This document shows positions 41,220-53,592 of a stretch of 64,000 nucleotides of DNA, in pieces. A model generated the notes under the pieces. It was not told where the DNA came from, made no database searches, and was given only the letters and a program-made list of their open reading frames with translations. The first letter of the stretch is position 1. Each line of letters opens with the position of its first letter. Source of the DNA: Octopus vulgaris (taxonomy: Eukaryota); the NCBI GenBank assembly GCA_951406725.2, contig OX597831.1:57908001-57972000 (forward strand). Direction: 5' to 3'. The translations under genes were made by a program, and so were the position numbers.

Positions 41220-41644
41220 TATGGTGAATTATCAGACTCATTAGAGAGTTGGACAAAATGCTTTGTGATATTTAGTTATGACCCTTGTGCAGGTAGCACG
41301 TAAAAAAAACCCATTTGAGCATGGCTGTTGCCAGTACCGCCTGACTGGCCACATAAAAAAACATTCGAGCGAGGTCGTTGCCAGTGCTGCTGGACTGGTA
41401 CCTGTGCAGGTGGCATGTAAAAAACACCATTTGAGCGTGGCTGTTGCCAGTACCGCCTTACTGGCCCTCGTGCCGGTGGCACTTAAAAGCACCCACTATT
41501 TTTTCGGAGTGGTTGGCATTAGGAAGGGCATCCAGCTGTAGAAACTCTGCCAGATCAGATTGGAGCCTGGTGCAGCCATCTCGTTTGCCACTCCTCAGTC
41601 AAATTGTCCAACCCATGCTAGCATAGAAAGCAGACGCTAAATGG

Positions 41645-41711
<67 letters not shown>

Positions 41712-42554
41712 AATATGTTCTGAGTTCAAATCCTGTTGAGGTCAACTGGTCATCTTTGCCATTCATCTTTGGTCAGTAACATTGAATACCAGGCAAATAC
41801 CGTGGTCTGCTTAATCAACTAACCCCTTCCCACCCAAAATTTCAGGGTATGAGGTTTATATCAGAAATATTTATTATTGTTTATTTGTATTGCAGGTATT
41901 ACTGGGTGTTGCCATGTGCATCTTGGCTACGTGCAGTGTTTTGTTTATGTGTTTTTCTGCTGTTATGAGAGGATTTCATGTAATACATGTGCAGCGCCTA
42001 GTAATGCTATTTTATGAATGTTATATATGTCTTGGAGTTTTGGTTATGCATAACCATTCATGTGGCCTGGTGGGTAGGGTGTTGGACTCATGATTGTAAG
42101 ATTGCAGTTTCAGTTCCTGGACTGGGCAGTGTTTTATCTTCTTGAGCAAAACACTTCATTTCACGTTGCTCCAGTCCAATCAGCTGGCAAAAATGAGTTA
42201 TCCTGCAACAGACTAGTGTCCCATCCAGGGGAAACATATACACATATATATATATACATCACAAAAACTGGAAAACAAGCCCTTATAAGTTTACAAGACT
42301 CAAGAAGGATGCTTTTATAATCATTCATTGAGTAGCTGTTATTATTATAAGGATTATTTCTGTCTTCAGTTCCTCCAACACATTCTGATTATTGCTATTT
42401 TCAAATTTATCTATTTGGATAATCCTCCATTTCTTCTCACAACATGTTATCATCTATTGGTACTGATATTTCAATTAGGAGCAATTTTTCTGTTGTTATC
42501 ATCATTAAAACTAAGACTGATGATGTTAATGGCAGAAAAATGTGGTAACAATAT

Positions 42555-42805
42555 CTCAGGAAAAAATTACTGTAAAAGCTGTACAGGCAAAATCAACCAG
42601 CAGGGTACTCAGTGGCTGACCATGAGCAAGATGGTTGGATAACATCCATGAGCCCAGTTATTCTCATTTGGAGATCCAGCTGGATCAATTGGAGATGGTT
42701 GCTTCTGACAGGGCATAATGAAAGGCAGTTTTTGAGGACTCTGCTCCTATGACACCCTCACCCCAGGAATAAGTGGGCAAAGAAGATGAGATAAGATGAG
42801 ATGAG
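42555..42805 (+). mobile_element. Old RTE-like LINE 3' fragment
   Basis: Degenerate ...RWLDNIHE...LEMVASDR... followed by a (gatga)n-like tail. Confidence 0.45.
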
Positions 42806-43689
42806 ATTATCGTCATCATTTAACATTTAGATTGCATGCTGGCACGAGCTGAATAGTTGATAGGGTCTAATGAATCAGAAGCTTGCCTAAGGCACTAATG
42901 TCAACTTTATCATGATTTCTGTGGTTGGATGCCCTTCCTAACAGCAACGTTTTTTAGAGTGTTCCAGGAGCTTTTCTCATAGCATCAGCACAAGTGATGA
43001 TTGCCTTACAATGTTGTATGGGTACAAGATATTTTGGCACAGCTGTTTTGGCAACACCTCTCTGATATCATTGATTCAATGTTGACTTACTTAATATTAG
43101 ACTTTTAATGTTTCTCTTCTCGCCCACTCCTCTCTCTCACTCTGTTTCTTTCTCTGTGTTTCTGTCTCTGTCTCTCCCTGTCTCTCTCTCTTTGTAACTC
43201 TGTGTGTGTGTCTATCTCTCTGCTTATGTGTCTGAGCATATTTCTCTCTATGTGTATGAAGAGAGGGATAGTTTTTATTTCAGTTGTGTTTGATTAATAA
43301 ATTGTAATGTCTTCCCTCTCTCTCTTCCCTTCTCTCTCTCACTCTCTCTTCTCTTGTTCCTCACTCTCTCTTTCACTCTTTCAATCTCTATGTGTATATT
43401 TTTGTGTACACATGCATATGTATGTCTTTGCCTCTAGTTCCAACAATTACTGTCATCAAAACAAGTTAAATGTCCTGAGTGCAATGCCAAATTGCCAGTG
43501 TCCAGACAGCTGTGCTCAATTGTCCCTTTCCAATAAGCATACACAATCTAATTGCATATTCATAAATTGGGTATTTATAAAAATTGTTTCAGACTTTATG
43601 CTCAAGGTTTCATATGTTTACTACGATCTTCAGTGGGGAAAAGTCAATATGTCTTGCACTTTACAAAAATCAATTGTATATAGTATGTA

Positions 43690-43810
43690 GTATATATTAG
43701 CAAGTCCTAGCACATTGGTTACAATCATTCTCAGTGCACCTTGTATCAAAGGGATTATTTCTGTTTTCAAACACCACATTCTGATTATCTCTGTTTTCAG
43801 ATCTTTGCAT
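43690..43810 (-). mobile_element. Fragment of a restriction-like-endonuclease (R4/Dong/Hero-type) non-LTR element
   Basis: KDLKTEIIRMWCLKTEIIPLIQGALRMI resembles the KYxDLxxEIxRMW...IPIIVGALG motif of RLE domains. Confidence 0.55.
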
Positions 43811-43857
43811 CCACAATAGCTACCCCTTCCTCCTATACACACACAAATATATATATG

Positions 43858-44279
43858 TTAGCACTATGACCCGGCGTTGCTGGGTCTAGTGCTAGTGCTT
43901 GTTGTTCGTTGCCGGGTCGCAGTAAAAATTTCTCACTAAATCAAGAGCTAAGTTTCTTATCACATTTCAGCCTGGGCCAGTTTTGCTGTTTATGATCTAG
44001 TTGGAGCATTTTATGAAATTAATTAATATTCAATGGACTTTGGCAATACCCATATATGCCCATAACTTATGGGCATACAGGGTTGGTTTATCGATTTTTT
44101 TAATGGCTTTCTGAGGTGACTGGGGAAATGAAAAGATCTTCATGACCACCCTCAGACAGTTTTGAAAGCCCATAGAAAATGCAAGCCTTTTACATGAAAA
44201 ACTGTGGATTTGTATAAAGGACACACTGACACACAGACACACAGATACACAGACATTTTGCCGTTTATAGATATAGAGA
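43858..44279 (-). mobile_element. Non-autonomous Helitron, same family as 6388-6757
   Basis: Reverse complement shares the 5' TCTCTAT...caaaatgtctgt...cctttatacaaatccaca...ccccagtcacc body and the agcactatgacccgg...gggtc hairpin. Confidence 0.75.
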
Positions 44280-45665
44280 TATACATGAACCAATGAGGAA
44301 TCTTCCACATAATGAATTGATCTTTTAGAAATGACAGTTAAATCGCCTTCAAAATACCATCTTGAAAACAGTCAGGATACCATATTGAGCAATGCTGTCA
44401 TCATTAATATTCAAAACTCAGGAATGGTCAGAACTAGAACATATTTGATCATAGGTCTGCTTGATCACTATAGATCTGGGTTGAAACAGTAAGAAAAATA
44501 TACATATATATAAATATGTAGGTGCAGACGTGGTTGTGTCGTAAGAAGCTTGTTTCCCAACCATATGGTTCGGGGTTCAGTTCTATTGCATGGCACCTTG
44601 AGCAAGTGTCTTCTACTATAGCCTCGGGCCAATAAAAGTTTTGTGAGTGAATTTGGCAGATGGAAACTGAAAGAAGCCTATCGTATATATGTATGTGTAT
44701 ATATATATATATATTTAATATATATATATGTGTGCGTGTGTGTATATATATTTATGTGTGTGTTTCTTTGTGTTTTCCCACCCTCCCCATGGCGTGACAA
44801 CTGGTGCTGATGTGTTTACGTCCCCATAACTTAGCGGTTTGGCAAAAGAGACTGATAGGGTAAGTACCAAACTTTAAAAAAAAAAAAAAAGCGCACTAGG
44901 GTTGGTACATTCGATTAAAAAGTCTTCAAGGCAGTGCTCCAGCATGACCGCAGTGTAATGACTGAAACAAGCTAAAAAAGGAAAAAGAAAAACGTACATG
45001 CGCACAAACATACACTCATACACACTGATGTATACGTGCTCACAGACATAAGCAAGACATGCAGACTTAAATGAAGGCACTATAGCGATAGTCTGAGCTG
45101 TTCATCTCCAGCATCTCTTTCCTGCCTTGTTTCTTACTCCATCTCTTACTCTTGTATATTAACTTTGATGCCAGTCTCATCTAAGTATACACACATCTCT
45201 TTGCTGTGAGACATTATTCTCTTTCTTTCTCCTTCACCCTCCAGCTATCTGTATTCATCTCTCTCTCTGTCTCTGTCTCTCTCTCTTTCTCTGATCTCTA
45301 TCTCCACTTATTTATCCTTTTATTTTTTCGTTCTGCTGCCATTTCATTCTGTGTATCTTTACATATAGCCTCTTTATTTCAAATCATCCAGATTTTTCTA
45401 CATTCATCTTTACACATGCACAAAGAAAAAAAAAACACACCCTCCAACACACTCACACACACATACAGACATACATACATAATTAAGTGCATTAATGCAT
45501 GTAATGTATAAGTGTGTACATTTTTGTGAGTGTGCAGATAATGTATACATCATAATGTAATCTTGGTTGGTAATGTATGTGAATGTTTGGCTTCACATGT
45601 ACCATCTACAAACACAATCATTTGTAAAATATTGTGTATAAGTGATATGTGTCTATGGGTATGCT

Positions 45666-45723
<58 letters not shown>

Positions 45724-45897
45724 CGCATTTTGTAAACTCAAGAAAACAAACAGTGAAACATCACAGAAAGATAACTATGATGTATGTGGTATTAGTTTAA
45801 TGCTTCAGAAGTAGAAATGGAATACACACACACACATACATATAAATTCATGCATACACATATATATAAGTGTATGCATGTGTGTATGTATCTATCC

Positions 45898-45982
<85 letters not shown>

Positions 45983-46112
45983 TATATATATACATATATA
46001 TACATACATATATATATAGGGTGAGTTTACGAAAAAAAACAACAAAAGACGAAGACAGGTGGTGCACAAAGCAAATAGATGTATTAGTATAACGCTCAGG
46101 AATAGAAAAAGT

Positions 46113-46148
46113 CTTTTACGTTTCGAGCCTATGCTCTTCTACAGAAAG
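46113..46148 (-). ncRNA. Minimal hammerhead-like motif with variant core
   Basis: CTTT CTGTAGA A GAGC ATAG GCTC GAAAC GTA AAAG. Also at 46517-46552 (+), 52057-52092 (-) and, more degenerate, 49671-49705 (+). Confidence 0.55.
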
Positions 46149-47313
46149 GGACACAGAAAATACAAGGAGAGAAACAAGGAGAGAAAAAAATGTGTGTAGT
46201 GGCTAACGTGTATATGTGTGTGTGTGTGTGTGCACATACATGTACACGAAAACATATATATACGGATGTATTCTAGTCACGTCTTGTAATACATAGTGTC
46301 GAATCTTTTTTGATTTATAAATGAATTGTTACTAAGTGCGAAATGTCATAAAATATTGCTTGTCATAAAATATTGCTATGTAAATATGTATGCAGTTATG
46401 CATTAAACTATACTAAACATGAAAAAGTGTATATAAGTGTGTGTGTGCATGCATATATATGATAGATCGTTAGCCACGACACACATTTTTTTCTCTCCTT
46501 GTTTCTTTCTGTGTTCCTTTCTGTGGAAGAGCGTAGGCTCGAAATGTAAAAGAGTTTTTTAATTCCCGAGCGTTATACTAATACATCTGTTTGTTTTCTA
46601 CACCACCTGTCTTCATCTTGTGAATACTCCCTATATATATATATATATATACGCATACATCATGTCATGTCATATAAGCATACACAATCTAATTGCATAG
46701 CCATAAATTGGGTGTCTATGAAAATTATTACAGACTTTATGCCTAAGATTTTACATGTTTACTATGATCTTCAGTGGTGAAAAGTCAATATGTCATGCAC
46801 TTTACAAAATTCAATTAAATTTTCTCCTACATGACAATTTATAAGTACACAGTACTTTAGAGGTTATTACTCTCGGCTGCCTGTATTTTCAGTTCTTGGG
46901 GTTTTTTTTTAAAAAAAAACAACACTGACTCTAGAGCAGAATTTGTTATGTCCAAAACAATATGAAAAATTTTGTATGAAGTCTGAAGTTTTTCAATAAA
47001 TATTTAATTTATGTCCATATGGGAAGGAAGCTTTCTTTGCAACTATATGGTTCAGGAGTTCAGCTCCATGGTGTGATACCTCAGGTAATTGACATTTACT
47101 ATAGCTCTGGGTCAATAAATGTTTTGTGTGCAGATCTGGTAGACGGAAATTGGGTGGAAGCCCCATTGTATATATATATATATATATATACAATATATAC
47201 AATATACAATATATATTATGTGAAATTTGATTTAGTATTTCTAAATTGAATTTTTCCCTGTAAGTTAGGAATAATATTCCCTCAAATTATTATTATATAT
47301 ATATATGTGTGTG

Positions 47314-47364
<51 letters not shown>

Positions 47365-47491
47365 GTGTTTGCTCCATCACTGTTGTCTTGGTTTGTTTAA
47401 GTCTCCATAAAAAGGCAGTTGAGAAATGAAACTGATAGAATAAGTACCAAATTTAAAGATAAGTATTGGGGGTCAATTTGTTTTTTTAAAT

Positions 47492-48015
47492 CAGTGGTTC
47501 TCAACCATTTACTGTCAATGGACCCCTTTGATTGCTATTTTACTCTACTGGACTCCAATAGCCAATTGATATTTAAAAACAGCCTATAGTGAAGTTGTGA
47601 GCTCGAATCCCAGACCGAGCTGTGCGTTGTGTTCTTGAGCAAGACACTTTATTTCGCGTTGCTCCAGTTTACTCAGCTGTAGATATGTGTTGCGACATCA
47701 CTAGTGCCAAGCTATATCTGCTGTTTCCTTTCCCTTGGATAACACTGGTGGTGTGGAGAGGAGAGGCCGGCATGCATGAGCGAATACTGGTCTTCCATAA
47801 ACAACCTTGCCCGGACTTGTGCCTGAGAAGGTAACTTTCTAGGTGCAATTCCATGGTCTGTGTTGTGACCGAAGAGGGTTTCAGATATAAAGTAAGAGTT
47901 AAAATACTTTGTGTATTGTAGAAGTATGTAACCAATTTATTGTGCATAAAAACTTTAACATCAAAATCTTATATGACCCCACATGGGTCATATGGACCCT
48001 GATTGAGAACCATTG
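47492..48015. mobile_element. hAT (Charlie-like) MITE interrupted by a SINE
   Basis: TIRs CAGTGGTTCTCAA / TTGAGAACCATTG, subterminal atggaccc motifs; the TSD is degenerate. Confidence 0.7.
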
Positions 48016-48142
48016 GTCTAAACCCTTCAATTAGTGACTTAAGGTGACTGCATTTGAATGACTGATGCAGGTTAAAAGAAGAATAAAAGATAGATTGTTG
48101 TGATCCTCCAGTATATTAAAGTGTGTAATTGGACACACACAC

Positions 48143-48730
48143 ATTCATTTCATTTCATTGTTCGACCGTGGTCGAGACAATGGAATTTACTATGTTACAC
48201 CAGACTTCATGGTCCATCATAGCACTACAGAGGTCCTGTTGCTGGATGCCTGTATCCCTGGAGATTACATCAGGGTGGGAGAGTGTGCACCCTCTGGTAT
48301 TGCGAGCAGATGGCTTCCAGAGGAGAAGAGTAGATATTACCTTGTTTTCAGCTCTACAACAATGTCCAGCAAACTGGACTCTTCTACCTTTCACAAGAGA
48401 TGACACAGGTGGTAGTTTCCCATATATTTGCATTTTGGTTGGATGACTCTTCCACGATAGATTTTGAGTTCTCATAAGGAGGCAAGTGTAAGTTCCATCC
48501 AACCGCTTCTCAAGCTTCTTTGATAACGTCCAGGTTTCTGAGCCATATAGTAGAATTGGTTCGACTGTGGCTTTGAAGATTCTAAGTTTGAAATCTCTAC
48601 TTAGATTTGATGACCAGATCTTATGCATATCATTACATGCTGACTAGGCCATACCCTTTCTAGTTAGAAAATCTTTTTCAGATGATAATATGTATGACCC
48701 AAGATATTTGTAATCAGAAACCATATTTAA
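48143..48730 (-). mobile_element. RTE-clade LINE 3' end (RT thumb to C-terminus)
   Basis: VSDYKYLGSYI...KLRIFKATVEPILLYGSETWTL...RRVQFAGHC; (AATGA)n tail directly after the stop. Confidence 0.85.
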
Positions 48731-49788
48731 GAGCGTATGGATGTTGAGAGTATGGATGATGAAATCACTGTTGGACACACACACACGCACACACACACAT
48801 AAATAGGTACACACAGATGTCTATATTACTGTGTATGTCTAGGTTTTAGAGTACGTACCCTGTATCCCTTCATGATAAGAGCTGACTAAAAGGGACTGGG
48901 ACAAGATATGCATTGGGTTTTTGAAAAAAAAAATCCTGCTAACCAATGCCAGCATTAAAAACTAGACGTAAATCATTGATGATGACAATGTTGACCGTAT
49001 ATGACTACATATAGTCATATGTCATAACTACACATACACATAGACACCATCATCATCATCATCATTATCATCATTATCTTTTAATGCCTGTTCTCCATGC
49101 TCGTATAAGTTGGACAATTTGGAAGGAAGTTGGCCAACTGGAGAGTGGCCCGGGCTCCACTTGTCTGTTTAGGCATGGGTTCTATAGCTGGATGTCCTTC
49201 CTGACACCAGATAAACTGAAGAAGAAAAAGATAGGTAAAAACACAAAAGTCAATTGGATGAGCACAGTGAATATATTAAACTGACATTCAGGGACAATTT
49301 CAGAAAGGAAAATAAGGGAAAAATGATTTTTCAAGCATGGCTCTTTGTCAGATAGAGGGAAATGTTCAGAGAAGAGGGAAAAGAGGAAGGAATAGAAAGA
49401 CCAGAGAAAAGTATGTGTATTGATACATGACCAAAAATGTGTGTATACATTCACCCGTACTTGCCCCTGTTCACACATACACACTTTCACATATTATCCT
49501 TACATACACACACACACTTGCATGCCCTAGTTCAGCTGGGTCACTGTTATTATCTCCCTTTCACTCAGCCTCTTACTTCCAGTCATTTCATCATGTTGAA
49601 CCATTAATCTGTACACACTTTTTCTCTCTCCCTGTTTTTTTGTTCTCTCTCCATTTTTTCCTCTGAACCCATTCTGCTGAAGAGCATAGGCTTGAAATAT
49701 CAAAGACTTTTTCATTCCCCTGCTTGTTGTTTCCTCAGCTGTCTATGTCTTTTGTTTTCTGTAAATTTGAACTATATGTATGTGTATA

Positions 49789-49863
<75 letters not shown>

Positions 49864-49905
49864 ATCGTCAATGTATCATGTACATTATTTACATTATTTA
49901 TATTT

Positions 49906-50873
49906 GATGGATATTTGTCCTCATCTTGTTTGTTGTTAATACAACATTTTGGCTGATATACCCTCCAGCCTTCATCAGGTGTCTTGGAGAAATTTCAAAC
50001 CTGGGTTCTCATTCCTAAGGTATTTTTTGATGTTATTATTATTATTATTATTCAGGTCACTGCCTGGAATCGAACTCAGAATCTTAGGGTTAGTAACCTG
50101 TGCTTTAACCAATCCCTCTCTTTACACTGTGTAAAGAGAGGGATTGCACAGTGTCTAAAACATTGAGCAAAGAATATAAGCAGCGATCGTGATACACAGC
50201 ACAAAGAAATGATCAAGCTCAATAACAATCTATTAAGCAACAACTACCCCAAAAACATACTCTCCACTCCAATTATGAAGAAAAGAGAAGATGAAGCCAA
50301 TCCACAGTCTGTCTACCCTAGGTGAAAGGCATCTCCGAAAAGATACAAAAGATATGCAGCCCATATCACATCAGGGCAGTATTCAAAAACAATACAACAC
50401 TTTGCAAATATCTCCTTCAAGTAAAACCCCCAATAGAAGAGAATATGACCAAAGACTGCATGTACTCCATCCCATGCAGCTGTGGTAGGTTATACAAAGG
50501 CGAAACATGCTGTCCCCTCAAAATAAGGGTAGACGAATGTCGCAAAACTGTGACATGAGGAGATATTGATAAATCGGGTATAGCTGATCATGCATGGGAA
50601 AATAGAGACCACCTCCCCCCGTGGGATTAAGTTAAAATACTAGACAGAGAACACCACTGGAAAATGTGGAAACTAAAAGAAGCAGTACATATACTAGGAC
50701 ACAACAACCACCTAAGCAGACCGAGTGCAGCTATGAACAACATATGGGAACCAGTATTAAGGAAGGATAAGAAAATGTTAGATTTATAAGCCCTAAAATT
50801 CACACTATATGGCGTAGTGGTTAAGAGCGCGGGCTACTAACCCCAAGATTCTGAGTTTGATTCTAGGCAGTGA

Positions 50874-50933
<60 letters not shown>

Positions 50934-51081
50934 TAATAACAACAACAATAACAACAACATTGAAAAAAACCTTAGGAAAGAGAACCCAGGTTCGAAATTT
51001 CCCTAAGACACATGATGAAGGCTGGAGGGTATATCAGCCGAAATGTGTTAACAACAAACAAGATGAGGACAAATATTCGTC
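49906..51081 (+). mobile_element. 5'-truncated Penelope-like element with GIY-YIG endonuclease remnant and inverted pseudo-LTR
   Basis: KGISEKIQKIC...MYSIPCSCGRLYKGET...LKIRV.E (GIY-YIG of PLEs). 49906-50111 is an inverted copy of 50818-51081, the tail-to-tail arrangement typical of PLE insertions. Confidence 0.85.
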
Positions 51082-51195
51082 TTCCTCATCACTTAAATAT
51101 AGAACTGCATTCATGTATCATATATCCATGACAGAGGCACACTCTAAAGCATAGAGCAGTAAATTATTAAAGTAATTAAGTTAGTGTCTGGTCGT

Positions 51196-51257
51196 AGGGT
51201 GACCAATGGTTTCACATCCATGAAGAATATTGCTTCATGGACATCTCATCAAACTCT
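51196..51257 (-). ncRNA. Type-I hammerhead ribozyme motif (C3 mutated to U)
   Basis: Minus strand: AGAGT TTGATGA G ATGTCCATGAAG CAATATT CTTCATGGATGT GAAAC CATTG GTC ACCCT. Confidence 0.7.
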
Positions 51258-51267
51258 AGTTCAAATT

Positions 51268-51329
51268 AGAGTATGATGAGACCTTTGCGAAGCTATACCC
51301 TTCGTAGATGTGAAACCATTAGTTGCTCT
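51268..51329 (+). ncRNA. Type-I hammerhead ribozyme motif (C3 mutated to A)
   Basis: AGAGT ATGATGA G ACCTTTGCGAAG CTATACC CTTCGTAGATGT GAAAC CATTA GTT GCTCT. Confidence 0.65.
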
Positions 51330-51550
51330 ACGACCAGACATTAACTTTATTACTTTAACACACACACACATATATATATACACACACACACAAACACATA
51401 TTTTCACTACTACCACCAGCACCACCATCATTATTATCATAATTTTAATGACCGCTTTTCTATGTGTGCATGGGTCAGACAAGAATACATTCAGGACAGA
51501 GTCTTTCACTGTCAGATGTCCTTCCTGTTGCCACCAAAAACACTATTTTT

Positions 51551-51594
<44 letters not shown>

Positions 51595-51932
51595 AATATA
51601 TATGTATATATAAATATATATATATATATACAAATATATATGTATATATAAATATATATAAATATAACAATAAGGGTTTAGCAACAAGTTGCTTGACCAC
51701 ATACCGAAAATTTTAGAAATAGCAGCCAAAGGACTACTATTTCCTTTTTCTACAAAAATATGTCTCCACAGACAACAATATTTGTAACTCACATATAGCA
51801 AAAAAAGAAGAAAAACAATGAAACCAAACAGTCTTCGGTTAATTATGGACGTACGTTTCTGGATTAGAATCATAAGATTCATTTACTTCATCGACATAAT
51901 ATTCCGATAAATAAATCTAGAAATGCTGGGAA

Positions 51933-51964
<32 letters not shown>

Positions 51965-52624
51965 GGGAGAGTTTACAAAAAAAAACCAAAAGATGAAGAC
52001 AGGTGGTGTACAAAACAAACAGAAGTATTAGTATAATGCTCAGGAATAGAAAAAGTCTTTTACGTTTCGAGCCTATGCTCTTCTACAGAAAGGGACATGG
52101 AAAAAACAAGGAGAGAAACAAGGAGAAAAAAATGTGTGTAGTGGCTAACGATCTATCATGGCGACATACATACATACATATATATATATATATACATATA
52201 TACATATATATATCAAGGGTTGAACAGAGAGAGTACAACAATGAGAAAAGTTAGACGAAAGCAGAGTAAACGAGAAAGCAGATGAAAAGTAAATGGATGG
52301 GAAATTAGACAATGACAAGATACACAGAATATTCGCAGCTGAGTTTTCTTCTTCAGTCCATGATGCAAAATATAACAGTTTGCATAAATGCAAAATTGAA
52401 CAGTATCAAAGGTAATAGGCATGAAACTGTTATGATATTTTGCATCTTTGACTGAAGAGGAAAGCTCTGCTGCAAATATTCCGTGTATCTCGTCCTTGTC
52501 TAATTTCCTGTCAGTTTAGTTTTCATCTACTTTTCCATTTACTCTGCTTCCATCTAACTTTTCCCCTTGTATTCTTTCTGTTCAACCCTTGATACACAAT
52601 ACACATCGTTTGTTTGCTTATATA

Positions 52625-52805
52625 CGGTGCAGGAGTAGCTGTGTGGTAAGAAGCTTGCTTACCAACCACATGGTTCTGGGTTTAGTCCCATTGCATGGCA
52701 CCTTGGGCAAATGCCTTCTACGATAACCTTGGGCCAACCAAAGCCTTGTGTGTGGATTTGGTAGACGGAAACTGAAAGAAGCCCGTCGTATATATATGTG
52801 TGTAT

Positions 52806-52849
<44 letters not shown>

Positions 52850-53035
52850 TTGGCCCCGCAACATTGTTTGACAACCGATGCTGGTGTGTTTACATGCCAG
52901 TAACTAAGTGGTTCAGCAAAAGAGACTGATAGAATAAGTAATAGGCTTACAAAGAATAAGTCCTGGGGTTGATCTGCTCGACTAAAGGTGGTGCTTCAGC
53001 ATGGCTACAGTCAAATGACTGAAACAAGCAAGAGA
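52625..53035 (+). mobile_element. tRNA-derived SINE with internal microsatellite (family C)
   Basis: tgtgtggtaagaagcttgc...gcaccttgggcaa...ggatttggtagacggaaactgaaagaagccc-(TA/TG)n-...gcaaaagagac.gatagaataagta...cagcatggc...tgactgaaacaag. Copies at about 5730-6145, 12470-12830, 14400-14920, 25830-26168, 27050-27350, 30585-30975, 31585-32085, 44520-44985 and 60355-60490. Confidence 0.8.
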
Positions 53036-53056
53036 ATATATATGCATATATATATA

Positions 53057-53100
<44 letters not shown>

Positions 53101-53557
53101 AAATAAGAAAATGGAGAAACACATCTTAATCAATGATCAACTACCAGATGATACCCAATAACATAATTTATTAAACCACTACATATAAACATTAAGGTCA
53201 AACATAATAATATAGAACAAAACAACGTACATGAAAGAGTAATATGATACAATAAGTACAGTATGTATAAGTGAATATAAATAAATACAAATATAAATAT
53301 AAACTACATCTTACAGCTGTTTCAGCCAAGCAGATATGGGTGCCTCATTATGCTCATATTAGCCATGTGTGATAGGTTAATATGTTGTTATAAATGAGAC
53401 ACAAAAATATCCCAAGGCTTCTTTGGAGATTATGAAGAACAAACTAAATTAAATATGAAAATCAGAGGAGGTACACCCATATAAGACTGGGTACATATCC
53501 ATAATATATAATATATAATATAATATACACATACATATGAGTGCATATATCCATACT

Positions 53558-53592
<35 letters not shown>

